DNA from: Octopus sinensis
Taxonomy: Eukaryota
Direction: 5' to 3'
DNA length: 64,000 bases
Assembly (NCBI RefSeq): GCF_006345805.1
Contig: NC_043008.1
Location: 31,186,001 to 31,250,000, forward strand
The position numbers and the translations under genes are program-made. Below the pieces are notes generated by a model. It saw only the letters and a program-made list of their open reading frames with translations, was not told the origin of the DNA and ran no database searches. Below, piece by piece: positions 26,403 to 39,629 of the stretch (position 1 is the first letter of the stretch; every line of letters starts with the position of its first letter).

Positions 26403-27580
26403 TTATTCCTCTTCTGCAATCTTCACATCTACGCCAAACTGTAGCTATTAGTAATAAGACTTCCTACAAGTATGTCATTGATATTTTGCTTCATTTCCGT
26501 GATTACTGTTAACAGTACATTGACTGACCCATCTTCACGCACGCTGTTCGCTCATAAGCGTGCTCTAACATTTATTTATTTATTTTTTTACGTGTCATTA
26601 TTCTATTTAAGTGTTTTCTATCAATGTTTTCTGTTGTTTTTCATACATGACTTTCATTAACAAAAAAAGTTTCAGTGCGGTCGTGGCAGGCATTAAGAGT
26701 AAAATAATTACATGCTACAAAACGCTTCAGGTAAGATATAAAATCCCTAATGCCTACTAAAAATGCGATCTCATTTCATAGACTTTCATTTATTACTAAC
26801 TGCCAAATGTATGTTCAGAAAACTTTATTCATTACTTAGGTTGCTTAATACCATATAATAAACTGCTAACGAAATTGGTAATTATACAGTTTACTTTTAT
26901 CAACTTGAAACGACTCTTAGCTGCGGGCTAATTCAACTTAAACCGTCTAAAGGAGTGCGCCATTATAATAAATTATAAGGACAGGTAAGTTTTCACGTGT
27001 GTATATATATATATATATGTCATCCAAATATAGTTATTCAATACACTATTATCTATCCTTTTCAACCCATTTCACCGACCGGTTTCGCGCAATATAGGGG
27101 GAAAACCCAATCCCAATGCTCATCAAAAGGGCCAATGTAATAAGCATGGTGAGGGCTCTCAGCTTCCGGATGTGTCACATTTGGTTTGAGGGTGTTGTGA
27201 AAAACCAGAACTCAAAACTCATGTGAAATGTTCAGAGAATTTACACAGAGTTATACTTATCGCACATGAGTCGGTGGTTTTCTCATAATGTAATGGTTGT
27301 TAGCCTGCAGAGTGGGATTGAGGCTTGGGAGTAGACGGTATAGGCTTAATGTGTAAACCGGAAAGGGAACAGAAAATGGAGACGGAGTGGCTGTTCAATC
27401 TTCACGCTACGTGTGAACATGTACGTATATGTGCGGTGTGGCAAACCTTATGCTGTATCCAGCCTATGATGTTGGGAAGTACTGATGGTGGAAGCCCTAA
27501 AGTTTATAATTATGGTGCAGTCAACCAATATCCAAACACATGTCCTTTGATGTGGGCAGGATCAGAAAATTGCATCTACG

Positions 27581-27740
27581 TAACCCTAACACTAACCCTA
27601 ACCCTACAACTAACCTTAAAACCAACCTTAACTCTAACTCCATAACGAGTATGCCCTGTAAAAACATATTGTTATGTAGAAAACATTGTAGAAACATATT
27701 GTTATGCATCGGGACCTCTGTATTTAACCCTAACCCTAAC
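27581..27740 (-). repeat. Degenerate interstitial (CCCTAA)n telomere-like repeats
   Basis: TAACCCTAACACTAACCCTAACCCTA... at 27581-27641 and AACCCTAACCCTAACC at 27726-27741. Confidence 0.75.
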
Positions 27741-28389
27741 CACACATCCTCCCGAAACCATCTACATCACAACAGTCTGTGTCCGACAGCTCAGAAAACC
27801 GCACAAGCGAGCTCAGCAAACCAACTTGATTAGAGTGGAAGAAGCAATAGTCAAAGAAGTCAGGAGAGTTGGAAATAACAAACAAAACGTTGAGTACAGC
27901 CAAAATACAAGAACTTCAAGAGGCTAATAACATTTTATGGAATAAATAAACAGTTCTTTTGAGAATTTTTAGTGTGTTCTTTCATTTGCTTCTGAAATGT
28001 GCTCTTCTCTTATTCACCAGTCTAATGATTTATTTTCTATCTTTTTTATCTCACGTAGCTGCAGCAATGCATTGTAGAGTACAGAAAGCAAGATGAAGCA
28101 TGTAAGACATCTTGGTCATTCACAGCATCTGTCTCCATCCCCAATCATCTTGACTTGGTCTTACCACTAGAGTGAAGATGTTCATGAACGAGAGAGTGAG
28201 ATTAATGGTACACAACTGTTCTTCACTTTCAACAAAGTCACTGCAGAAGTCATCAGTCACCCTTCATCCAGGATGACTAGATGGTCCTTATTATTCCAAC
28301 GAACAAACATGATGACTTTTGGCATTTCACCCATCTTTATAATGCATAGTGGCAATTAACCCATCTTTATTTTCTGAGTTCCTATTCCT

Positions 28390-28690
28390 CTGAGGTCAAC
28401 TACCTTTCATTATTTCAGGGTCAATAAAATAACCACCAGCTGAATATTGAGGTCGATGTAATCAACTTAGACCCTCCCCCAAAATTGCAGGCCATGTGTC
28501 AAAATTTGAAGCCAATAAGCAGCATTTCATTTGTCTTTAGATTCTGACTTCAAATTCCACTGGGGTCGATTTTGCCTTTTATCCTTTCAGGGTCAATAAC
28601 ATAAGTACCAGTTGCATACTGAGGTTGATGTAATCAACTTAGTCCTTCTCCCAAACTTGCTGGCTGTGTGCTAAGATTTGAAATCATTAT
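28390..28690 (+). mobile_element. Two tandem SINE family A copies with CpG decay
   Basis: Core repeated at about 28395 and 28565; consensus CG positions appear as TG/CA. Confidence 0.8.
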
Positions 28691-29199
28691 AACTTATTTG
28701 CCTTTTATCTTTTTAAATTTATCAATCACTGTGTGTGTCAATAAGGATTCCATTTCACAACTACATGGCTTCAGTTTCAAGCCTACCATGAAGAACCTTA
28801 AGTAAATGCCATCTCTCATAGCCTCGGAGGTGACCAAAAACTTAAGAGTAAAATTTGGTGAACAGAAACTATGAGGAAGGACATTGGAGAAACCGTTTCT
28901 GTTCATCGATGATAGATGGATTAAGTTAACACAATTGCTGGTGCCAAACTGTCTTTAATGAAGTTCTTTCTGCTACTAGAATTAAGGTCAGATCAGCAGT
29001 CTGAGAATAACTTCTTTCCCTCCTTGACCCCAAGAAAAGGCCATAATAACTTCCTTTCCTGCTCAAACAAAGACTTGTTAAGATAAAAAGCAACAAAAAT
29101 ACAAAATATAGAATAAGTTCCATTGATGTATTTCAGTCAATTTATTTGATTATTCTTCCATTTCCAAGAAACTTTCTGGCCTTGTGACAATGGAAATGC

Positions 29200-29207
29200 T
29201 AATGTTA

Positions 29208-29244
<37 letters not shown>

Positions 29245-29760
29245 TGTTGTTGTTGTTGTTGTTGTTGTTATACTTGCTGCTGTTGTTTTGATGATGATGA
29301 TGCCATTGTTGTTGTTTTAGTAGTGGGTAGGGGCAATGGTAGTGCTTGTGAATGTTGTCATCGCTGTTGATGCTGTTGTAGCTGTATTCTTCTTGCTGCT
29401 GCAGCTGCTGATGTTCTTGTTGCTGTTTATGATGAAGATGATGAGGCTGATGATGATGATGTGCTGGTGGAGGTTGTGGTGGTGCTGGTGGTTGCAACTG
29501 TTGTTGTTGTTGCCACTTTTGTTATTGTTGTTGCCACTGCTGTTGTTGTTGATGATGATGTTGTTGTTGTTGTTGCAACTGCTGTTGTTGTTGATGGTGA
29601 TATGATGTGGTTGTTGTTACCACTGTTGTTGTTGTTGCCACAGTTGTTGATGATGATGATGATGTTGTTGTTTTGCCACTGTTGTTATTGTTGTTGTTCT
29701 CACTGTTGTTGTTGTTGCTGTTGATGATGATGATGATGATGAGATGATGTTGTTGTGGTT
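29200..29760. repeat. Compound trinucleotide low-complexity tract (TAG/TTG/GAT/CTG)
   Basis: Direct inspection. Confidence 0.9.
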
Positions 29761-30919
29761 GTTGTTTCTTTTTTATCTTCCTTTTTTTTTAGTTTTGCTT
29801 GTTCCTTTTTTTTTTCTTTCTTTGTTCAATACTTATGGCGAAAAAACAAACATTTCAATAGGAAATTAATTCAGTAAGGCGTAATATAGCAAAAAAAAAA
29901 ACACAAAAATAAATAAATGAATAAATGAAAATAAAGCTAAAAAATGTAATAAAATCAAACATCTTTTGAAAATTTACATCAATTCAAGAATACAGTTTTG
30001 GTTTCCAGCAATCGGACACAAATATGATTTGTATTAGATTTGAAGTCAGGAAAGAAACAAATGGCAGAAATGTTGGTTAAACACATTCCATTTCCCTAAT
30101 TGTCTTTTTCTTTCATATATATATATATGTATATATATACATACATATATATATACATGCATATATATATATATATACATACATACATGCATATATATAT
30201 ATATATACACACACACACATGCACATATACATATATGTTTACATACACATACATATATATATATACATACACACACACATACATACATAATACATACATA
30301 TGTATGTGTGTTTGTATATATATGTGTGTGTGTGTATATATATGTATGTATATGTAGGGAGAGAGAGAGAGGGACATATGTGTGTGTTTGTGTGTGTGTG
30401 TGTATACTAACATAGATATAAGTACATACAGATATGTATATGCTTATATCTATGTTACTATATACAGTACACATACTAGTGTAGTACCTGTCAAAAATTA
30501 CAAGGTTTACATCTACTTCTTCTCAGTAGTATTTTCATATTTCTGCTTCAAGTTGTCCTCCATTTTTTCTTGTGTTACTAGTTATCATTTTGTAGCACTT
30601 CTATTCTCCAACTCATACTGATCATTGACTTCTTGTTAGAATTTTCACCTTCTTTATTGCACTCAGGAATCAAGTAGTTTCTCTGTGATTGAGAACTTCA
30701 CTGTCTGATCGACTTGCAAACCTGTTGTGTTTTGGATAGTAGATTCTCCATTTTCTGACTTTTGACACTCTCATGTCCTCACTTTCTTTCATTATTTATT
30801 TTCTCTCTCTCTATATATATATATCACTCACTAAATGGATTACTATTCTGTGGATCCTACTAATAACAGAAAAGTAAACTATACACACACACACACACAC
30901 ACACACATACATGCAAACA

Positions 30920-31125
30920 TATATATATCATCATCATCATCATCATCATCGTTTAACGTCCGCTTTCCATGCTAGCATGGGTTGGACGGTTCAACTGGGG
31001 TCTGGGAAGCCCAAAGGCTGCACCAGGCCAGTCAGATCTGGCAGTGTTTCTACAGCTGGATGCCCTTCCTAAAGCCAACCACTCCGTGAGTGTAGTGGGT
31101 GCTTTTTATGTGCCACCGACACATG
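30920..31125 (-). mobile_element. Family C repeat (RTE 3'UTR-derived, (GAT)n tail)
   Basis: CATCATCGTTTAACGTCCGCTTTCCATGCTAGCATGGGTTGGACGG; also at 47675-47910, 54710-54870 and 56065-56240. Confidence 0.8.
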
Positions 31126-31127
31126 GT

Positions 31128-31365
31128 TGAAGGCGGCATGCTGGCAGAATCGTTAGCACGCGAGGCGAAATGCTTAGCAGGATTTCATCTACCACTGAGT
31201 TCTGAATTCAAATTCCGCTGAGGTCGACTTTGCCTTTCATCCTTTCGGGGTCGATTAAATAAGTACCAGTTATGCACTGGGGTTGATGTAATTGATTTAG
31301 TCTCATTGTCTGTCTTTGTTTGTCCCCTCTATGTTTAGCCCCTTGTGGGCAATAAAGAATTAAAT
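31128..31365 (+). mobile_element. SINE family A, best-preserved copy
   Basis: CTGGCAGAATCGTTAGCACG head, GAATTCAAATTCC B box, GTCGACTTTGCCTTTCATCCTTTCGGGGTCGAT core, AATAAAG end. Confidence 0.88.
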
Positions 31366-31369
31366 ATAT

Positions 31370-31755
31370 ATTTGTGGCACTCCGATGGTTACGATGACGA
31401 GGGTTCCAGTTGATCCGATCAACAGAACAGCCTGCTCATGAAATTAACATGCAAGTGGCTGACCAATCCACAGACATGTGTACCCTTAACATAGTTCTCG
31501 GGGAGATTCAGCCTGACACAGAGTGTGACAAGGCTGACCCTTTGAAATACAGGTATAACAGAAACAGGAAGAAAGAGTGAAAGTTGTGGTGAAAGAGTTC
31601 AGCAGGGTTCACCACCACTCCCTGCTGGTGTCTCATGGAGCTTTTAGGTGTTTTCACTCAATAAACACTCACAACACCTGGTCTGGAAATCGAAACCGTG
31701 ATCCTATGACCGTGAGTCCGCTATCCTAACCACTGGGCCATTGTGCCTCCACACA
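31370..31755 (-). mobile_element. tRNA-derived SINE (OR-like family)
   Basis: Head GGAGGCACAATGGCCCAGTGGTTAGG...GGTTTCGATTTCC; body matches 6267-6560. Confidence 0.8.
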
Positions 31756-32654
31756 CACCACACACATACGAACACACACACATGTATGCATGTGTGTCTG
31801 GGTCTGTCTGTCTGTCTGTTCATTTGTCTTTATGTTTGTATTTGTACCCACTACCACTGCCTGACAACTGCTGTACATTTGTTTACTTAGTGGTTCAGCC
31901 CCAAGATAGCAATATAATATGTATCAGGCTTAAAATATAAGTCCTGGGGTTGGTTTATTTGAGTGAACCCTTCAATGTGGTGCTCCAGTATGGCCACAGC
32001 TTAATGAGCGAAACAAGTGAAGTTATAAGATTAAAAAGGAACATTCAAGACTGTTGCTTAGTTCAATTTCATTTTACCTAATGTTGATACTTTATTTTGC
32101 TTTGTTTTCTTGTTGTTTTTTTTTAACTGATGGTTGTCATGTCTCTGCAGAATTGGTTGCAGAGACACATGGCATCAAGCTACTCATCAATTTCAATGTG
32201 AACCAGTGAAGTAATGCAAACACTGTTAAATAGTTCATTAAGTATTTCTCTTACGATCTGTGAGTTGGAAGAATATGAGCTATGGAAATTAAATACTCCA
32301 AAAACTTACAGCACAAAACAATCTATAAATATATATCAAAAGTTTAATTTATTTAAAATAATTCTTTTGAATATAAAATAATTATATTTTACAAACATTA
32401 TTTATAAATATATAAACAAAATCAATGAAGCAAAATCTATATGTTTATATAAAAATTATACAATTATGAAAGTCTATAATATTATTAATATGGCCTTGTA
32501 ATTAATACAGCTTTAAATCATAAGTTTCAGTAATATAATTTCCTATTTTTCCTGATAATTAAGCACCTTTTAAGATATCTAATTTTTGAAAAGTTAATCT
32601 TTATAGGTGCAAGCATGGCTGTGTAGACAAGTAGTTTCCTTCACAATTATGTGC

Positions 32655-32689
<35 letters not shown>

Positions 32690-32693
<4 letters not shown>

Positions 32694-33130
32694 ATCAACA
32701 ATTGGATAAATCAAAATCAAAATCGATCAACATCAATGGAAATTGTAGCTGTGATACCAGTGCCAGTGGCACGTAAGAGAACCATCCAAACGTGGCCGTT
32801 GCCAGCGTTGCCGCGACTGGCCTCCGTGCCGGTGGCATGTAAAAAGCACCATTCGATCGTGGCTGTTGCCAGCCTCGCCTAGCCTCCATGCCGGTGGCAC
32901 GTAAAAAGCTCCATCCGATCATGGCCGTTTGCCAGCCTCGTCTGGCACCTGTGCCGGTGGCATGTAAAAAGCACCCACTACACTCATGGAGTGATTGGCG
33001 TTAGGAAGGGCATCCAGCCGTAGAAACATTACCAGATCAGACTGGCCTGGTGCAGCCTTCTGGTTTCCCAGACCCCAGTTGAACCGTCCAACCCATGCTA
33101 GCATGGAAAGCGGACGCTAAACGATGATGA
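32690..33130 (+). mobile_element. Family C repeat with internal GGCACGTAAAAAGC subrepeats
   Basis: Same family at 43020-43275, 43740-44230 and 55020-55640. Confidence 0.8.
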
Positions 33131-33359
33131 TATATATATATATATATATATGAATGTGAATGCATGTATGTATGTATGTGTGCATCCATGCATATATATA
33201 TGAATGAATGATTGCATGTATTTATAACAGGTTACTCTTAGTATCACAGGTAACATGTAACCCAGTACAACCTGTCACATTGTTGGGCCATTGGTGAGTA
33301 AACTTGTCTGATTGGTAAAGAGGTTGGTTTTCATTGCACATCCTTCATCATCATCATCA

Positions 33360-33890
33360 TCAACATACTGGTATGGATTGGATGGCTTAACAGGAACTGG
33401 CAAGGCCATGAGATGCATCAGGTTCTGTAGTCTGTTTTAGTTTGGTTTCTATTGCTGGCTGTCCTTCCTAACACCAACCACTCCACAGAGTGTACTGGGT
33501 GCTGCTTTTTACATGGCACCATCACCAATGCTTTTTTCGTAGCACTTTTGTTTTAGGATCTCAATTCTGTTGTGGTGGGCTGGTCTTCACGAGTTTAGCA
33601 ATGTGCCACATATCACTGTCCTCTGTTATCTCCTTCATAAGGTTCAGCATTTTGAGATTGGCTTTCAATACTTTTTCCCATGCCTTCCTGGCTCTCACTT
33701 TTCCACAACTCTCCACTTCAAGTGATCAGCACTTCATGTAACTGTCTTCATCCAGCCATATCACATGACCAAACCACAGCAATTTCGTCTCTTTCACACC
33801 GCATCTAATTCTTCTTGTACCCAAATTCTTTTTTAATACACCAATGCTCTGTTGCTCATGCAGACATTGCATATCCAATGGAGCATACAA
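33360..33890 (-). mobile_element. RTE LINE 3' end with family C-type tail
   Basis: RCGVKETKLLWFGHVIWLDEDS...KAWEKVLK with stops. Confidence 0.75.
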
Positions 33891-35689
33891 GCTTTGTTCC
33901 TTTCCAAGGTCAACTTTGCATATCATCCTTTCAGGGTTGGTAAAATAAGTACCAGTTGAGTACTGGGGTTGATGTAATTGACTTACCCCCTCCTCCAAAA
34001 TTGCTGGCCTTGAGCCAAAATTTGAAACCAATATTTTGAACTAAATTAAAGCTGTGTTTCTTTTCCTTCCTATTTTTTTTTTCTTTTCAAACCTGTAGAA
34101 ACATTTGGAGTTTTTTTACTTTTTATTTGTTTGGACTGTGGCCATGCTGGTGCACTGCTTTGAAGAGTTTTATAGCAAAGCAGCTCACCCCAGTATTTAA
34201 TATCTACTGCAGTTTTGAGTACCCACATTAAGTAAGATTCACAGAATAATGTGTGTGTGTGTGTGCATGTGTGTGTCCATGTGTATACATATATACATAC
34301 ATATACATATATATATGTACATATACACACACACATGCACATATATCTTTAATCTTTTATATTTTTGTTGTTTTAGTCACTGGACTGCAGCCATGCTGGG
34401 GCACTGCCTTGAAGGATTTTTATTTGAACAAATCGACCCCAGGACTTATTTTTTAAAGCCTGATACTTCTTTTACTGGTCTCTTTTGCCAAACTGCTAGG
34501 TTACAAGGGATATAAATGCACCAACACCAGTTGTTAAGCAGTTGTAGGGGACAAATGCAGACACAAAGATACACACACACATAGATATATACATACATAC
34601 ATAAATAGAAATATATACATATATAAAATGGAGCAAGAACACAACAGATACAAAGGCGGACAGGAAAAAGCAAGAATGGGTCATTCACAGCCTTCTCTCA
34701 TCAATTAAGTTTCCAGATCATCCTTACAGTTTTGGCCAGTTACACTTGAGACTGTCAAATCTGGTTGATCCCAAAAATATAAGTTAAGAGCATTAAATTT
34801 TTTGGGAGATAGCAAGCGAATGTGTACGACTACAAAGACAAAAATACGGAGAAAATGTTACACAATTACAAATACAAACAACAAGAAAATAACAACAGGT
34901 GTCTTTCAACCAATAAAGACAAATCAAGTTGAGTTGGCATGTGTAGAGTGAAAGCCTTGAGGTAGGAACATAGATGAACATAAGAGATGAAAGTCATGAG
35001 ACAGGAATATAAGAGATGCTTTGTGGCCGGCAGTTGAGCCAAGAAAGAAAGATCACACTTGGCCAAAGAATGGTCATGTGAAAGGAAAGGAGAGAGGTAA
35101 GGGGAAGAATGAGAAAGAGAGGAAATAAAAGGGACATAGAGAAAAGTACATGGGAGATAAACGAGGAGAGGAAAGTAGGGAGGTTAAAGAAAGAAGGCCA
35201 AGAAATGTGAGAGAGGGTGAGTGAGAAAAAGAAAGGAAAGAAAGAAGTAGGTATGAGGGGGACTAAAAGAAAGAGTAAAAGAGTCCTACAGAATTTAGAT
35301 GCATACTTACAAGGTGAGCAAAAGTATAAGTATGCCGCTATATGTATATGTAATTTTTTAAAAATGGAAAAAGAATGCAACAGACAACAATAAAACATCC
35401 AGTCAGGTAAATGATACAAAGACAACAACAGGTGTCTTTCAGTTTTCAAATCCACTTAAGGCTTTGGTTGACTTGAGGCTATAGTAGAAGACACTTACTC
35501 AAAGTGCTACACAGTGGGATCGAACCCAGAAGCATGCGGTTGGGAAGCAAGCTTCTTACCACACAACCTCACTTATGAATATATATACAAAAAATGCACT
35601 GTCCACTCTGTTAGGTGATTGGTACTTATCTTACTGACCCCAAAAAGATGAAAGGCAAACTCAATGTGGTGGAATTTGACCTCATAGTG

Positions 35690-36380
35690 AAAAGCAGATT
35701 GTATGATGCCTTTGCACATACAGCTATGCTACATGTCAGTGAAATATGGACTTTGACTACAGAAGACTTGCAAAGGCTTGAAAGAAATGAAGCTAGCAAG
35801 CTCCACTGGATGGGTAATGTCAGTGTGCACATGACAGAATGTAAATGACTTAAAAGGAAAACTGGGTATAAGAGGCATCAGATGTTGTGTGCAAGAGAGA
35901 AGACTGCTGGTTTGGTCATGTGGTATGTATGGATGAAGAGAGCTGCATAAAGAAGTGCCAAGCTCTAATTGTGGAGGGACCCTGTGGAAGAGGTAGACCA
36001 AATTAGGGACAAAATGGTGAGAAAGGATCTTCAGATGCTGGGCCCCACTGAGGAAATAACAAGGAACCAGGAAACATGGCAATTTGCTCTACTTGAGAAG
36101 ACATGCCAAGCTAAATAAAATCACTGTCATCCATACATAAAGGCTTGTCCTTTACAGGTGCTGGTGCCACAAAAAAGGCACTTGTGCCAGTGCTGCATAA
36201 ATACACCCATACCGATAGCATTTAAAATTCCCCCAGCACACTCTGTAAAGTGGTTGGTATTAGGAAGGACATCCAGTCATAGAAACCATGCCACAACAGA
36301 CAATTTGGAGTCTGGACAGCTCCCCAGCTGGTCAGCTCCTGTCAAATCATCCAACCCATGCCAGCATTAGAAATGGACAT
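35690..36380 (+). mobile_element. RTE LINE 3' end, degraded
   Basis: AMLHVSEIWTLTTEDLQRLERNEASKLHWM, followed by a family C-type tail. Confidence 0.75.
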
Positions 36381-38140
36381 TGCTATACTAGAAGACACAA
36401 GGTGCTGTGCAGTGGGACTGAACTCAAAATCACGTGGTTGCAAAGGGACCTTCTGAACCACACAGCCAGGATTGTTTTCTGTTCTTTTTTTTTTTGCTTT
36501 TTTCCTTTTTTACTACATTGATTCTTTTCACTGATCTCATTATTATCAGCAAATATTTTTTCTCAATTACGATGACGACAATTTTCAGTGGAGTTTTCCC
36601 TACTTTTACTTGTTCAGCCATTCAAATAATTTACAAACTGTGTTATTTATCACATAAAAATAACTTTTGCTTGTGAGAATAGTATTTTTATAAAAGTTAA
36701 TCTTCCACTTTGGGACATATTTACTGCATTTGCCTTACATTATAGACATAAATTGCTTCAGTTTCATGTCATGCCAGTGGTTTGAATCGAGAAAAATCTG
36801 GTCCAGTTCAGTTTGCAGATTTCTTTTTCAAATAATTTCACAGTAATCCTTGTGGAAAATTGACCTGAAAAGAGATAAATGCCTTATGTTTGATGCTGAG
36901 GTACAAGTTCTTTCAAACAATGCATTATAATTCCCTTATTTTATAGTCAGAGAAAATTGTAGGTCTATGTTTATATGATGAAATAATTCTGCATTATTTG
37001 TAGAATAGAACTCTAGAGAGTATTGTGACTTCTGGTTGAGAAGAATGCAATTACTTTTTGCCATGGAAAACAACTTGGTATGATGTCGAGCAGAGATTTT
37101 TGCTTATCTTTGTCATATTATGATATTCTTGAAAGAATGTGGTAGCCTGACAGTTTGATATATATGTCTGTGTTTGTATGTGTGTATGTGCATGTGTGTG
37201 TGCGCACTTGTGTGTGTATGTGTATGTGGTGTATGTATGTGTATTTATATACATATATATATATATATATATCAGGCACGGGAATGGGTGTGTGGTAAGT
37301 AGCTTGCTAACCAACCACATGGTTCCAGGTTCAGTCTCACTACACAGCACCTTGGGCAAGTGCCTTCTACTATAGACTCAGGCTAACAAATTTGGTAGAT
37401 AGAAACTGAAAGAAGCTTGTTGTGTGTGTGTGTTTGTCCTCCAACATCACTTGACAACCAATGCTGGTTGAGAAACATGGTTACCCAACCCAAGGGAAGA
37501 GCAGGAGAAGGGGAGAGAGTGGGAGACAGCAGAAGTGCAGGAGAGAGATGGTGGCAAAGTACCAGGCATACTCACAAGGGACAAGGATCAGAATATAAAT
37601 GGGATGGTCGAGTAAGAGAGAGAGAGAGATGGTGCTAGGGCATACACTTGAAGTACAGAGGATATAATCTGTGGTAGGGCATTGCTAAAGAAGCCTAAGT
37701 AGAGGGTGGGGGAGGAGAATGTAGTGAGTGGTATATAGAGGTGGGGGATACAGGACAGCAATGATACAATGAACAGGGGCATGAGCAGGACTGGATTTAT
37801 AGGGGTCAAAGGGATATTGGGCTCACCTGCTATGAAAAGTATGTAGCACTCAATACAGGAGAGTCCTCACCTTTCGACACTCTTTCTAGTAGATGCTCTC
37901 TTTCAATAAACAAACATATCTTAAAAAAATGTAATGGATCCTCTTTTCTGATAAATAACCATAGTTTTTGCTATATTAGTGACATCAATTCATTCAATTA
38001 AAAAACACTTTGCTACTTAGTCCCAAAGCAGCTACAGTTCCCTTGGAAATTAATTGTAGCTGCTTTTGGAACATTGACCAACAAAAGGTAAACAACAAAA
38101 TACTCCCAAATATCCATGTATGTATCTGTGTGTGCATATA

Positions 38141-38171
<31 letters not shown>

Positions 38172-38569
38172 AAGAGTATGAATGTATATAAAGATAGATA
38201 AAGAGACTGATAGAAGTAAGTTATGTATTACCTCTAGCTCAAATTCCTTCTTTCAAGGCATGTAACCTTAGATTGACCAAGGGCAATTACACACACACAC
38301 ACACACAAATATGCACACACATATACTATCATCATAAACTTCATTATTTCAGTGAAGCATTGAAAATTGGTCTTATTTTATGAAAGGACGAGTAATGAAT
38401 ATGTCTCAAAATTTTAATTTGAATTTAGTTTTAATTACATCTCTCAACAGCTCAAAGCATTTTTTCCCCATCTTTAGAATTATTGCTTTTATGCTCACAT
38501 ATTTTTCATTAAATCGAATCTTTTTCTTTCTTTTTTCACTACTTTTTTGTCATTTTGTCAAATACTTGA

Positions 38570-39000
38570 AATAACTACAGGGGAGTGGGGCAAAACTGGT
38601 AAGTGGGGCAACATGAGTAATTACCAATTTTTTTGTTTTTCTTTTTACTACCTATTTCAAACTATTTTTTTACAAGTATTACATCGCCATCTTGTACTCT
38701 TGCATCATCTTTGGGAGTAAACATTTCCCACCATTGTTATTGTTGCAGTTGAAGCATTTGGAAAGCTTCAGGTAACAGTACTTCATTTTCAAGAAATTTT
38801 TCCTCAGTTTTGATCCAGTTGTAATTGAGGCTGCTAATAAAATATCTAGATAATTTTTGGTATTTAACAATATAAATTCTTTTCTCTTTTGGATTCCAAG
38901 TCAATTTTTTCCCGTGCTAATGTCTAACTTGATAATTTTCGATTTTCAAAAACTGATGTCTAATCTGGGGCAAAATGAGTAATGACTAACTTCAATAATC
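38570..39000. mobile_element. Possible pogo/Tc1-mariner-type DNA transposon remnant
   Basis: TACAGGGGAGTGGGGCAAAA terminus with repeated GGGGCAA(A)ATGAGTAAT subterminal motifs (38605, 38967). Confidence 0.35.
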
Positions 39001-39629
39001 TCTTCTCTTTAACTGCATGAAGTATAAATGTACCAGGAAGGGAGCCAGGTGGAATTCTGCTTTAAGTACCCCGTATAACCCCCTCGTAACTTTCTTAATT
39101 TTTGGAATTTTCTTAAACCAGAATTCTGTCGAGCGCCATTCCAGTAAACCGTGAAAATGCTAAAGAGAATATTCTACGTTGAGTTTTTTGATTTAGTCAA
39201 ATTTCATTAATTTCATATCGTGCCATTTTTCCATGGTTCCCTTTCATTGACCTATATTTTAATTTTTACAGAATTTCTGATTTTTCTGGTGTCTAAGAAT
39301 GAATATTGTTGTGTATGGATTTTTTTCAAATGTAATTCTGGAGAACTGAAGCGACAAATTTATCTTATCTTGTCTCACTCATTTTGCCTCATCTAAATTT
39401 GTCTTTTATATGCTCAAAGAGAATGGAGATAATTTTCTAAAATAATGTTCTGAATATGTTATAATGTTTTTAATGCATTTATAGAAAGTCATTTGCTTAG
39501 CTGATGTAGATAGAGAACATTTATGTTAGATTGAGGACATTTATAAAAATATTTTTTCTCTAAGTCAAAATTCAATAAATATTACTCATTGTACTCCTTA
39601 CTGGAAACTGCAAAAGCAGACTTTCAGAA

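Noticed and set aside
29150-29724. Poly-Q/H/N and poly-L/V ORFs
   Set aside because: Compound trinucleotide microsatellite, open on both strands.
30480-30790. Purine-rich minus-strand segment resembling a coiled-coil exon
   Set aside because: Stops in all three frames and no acceptor site.
32140-32167. Perfect 10-bp hairpin overlapping a plus-strand acceptor-like site
   Set aside because: Too short for a structured RNA, and the downstream sequence closes within about 25 codons in all frames.
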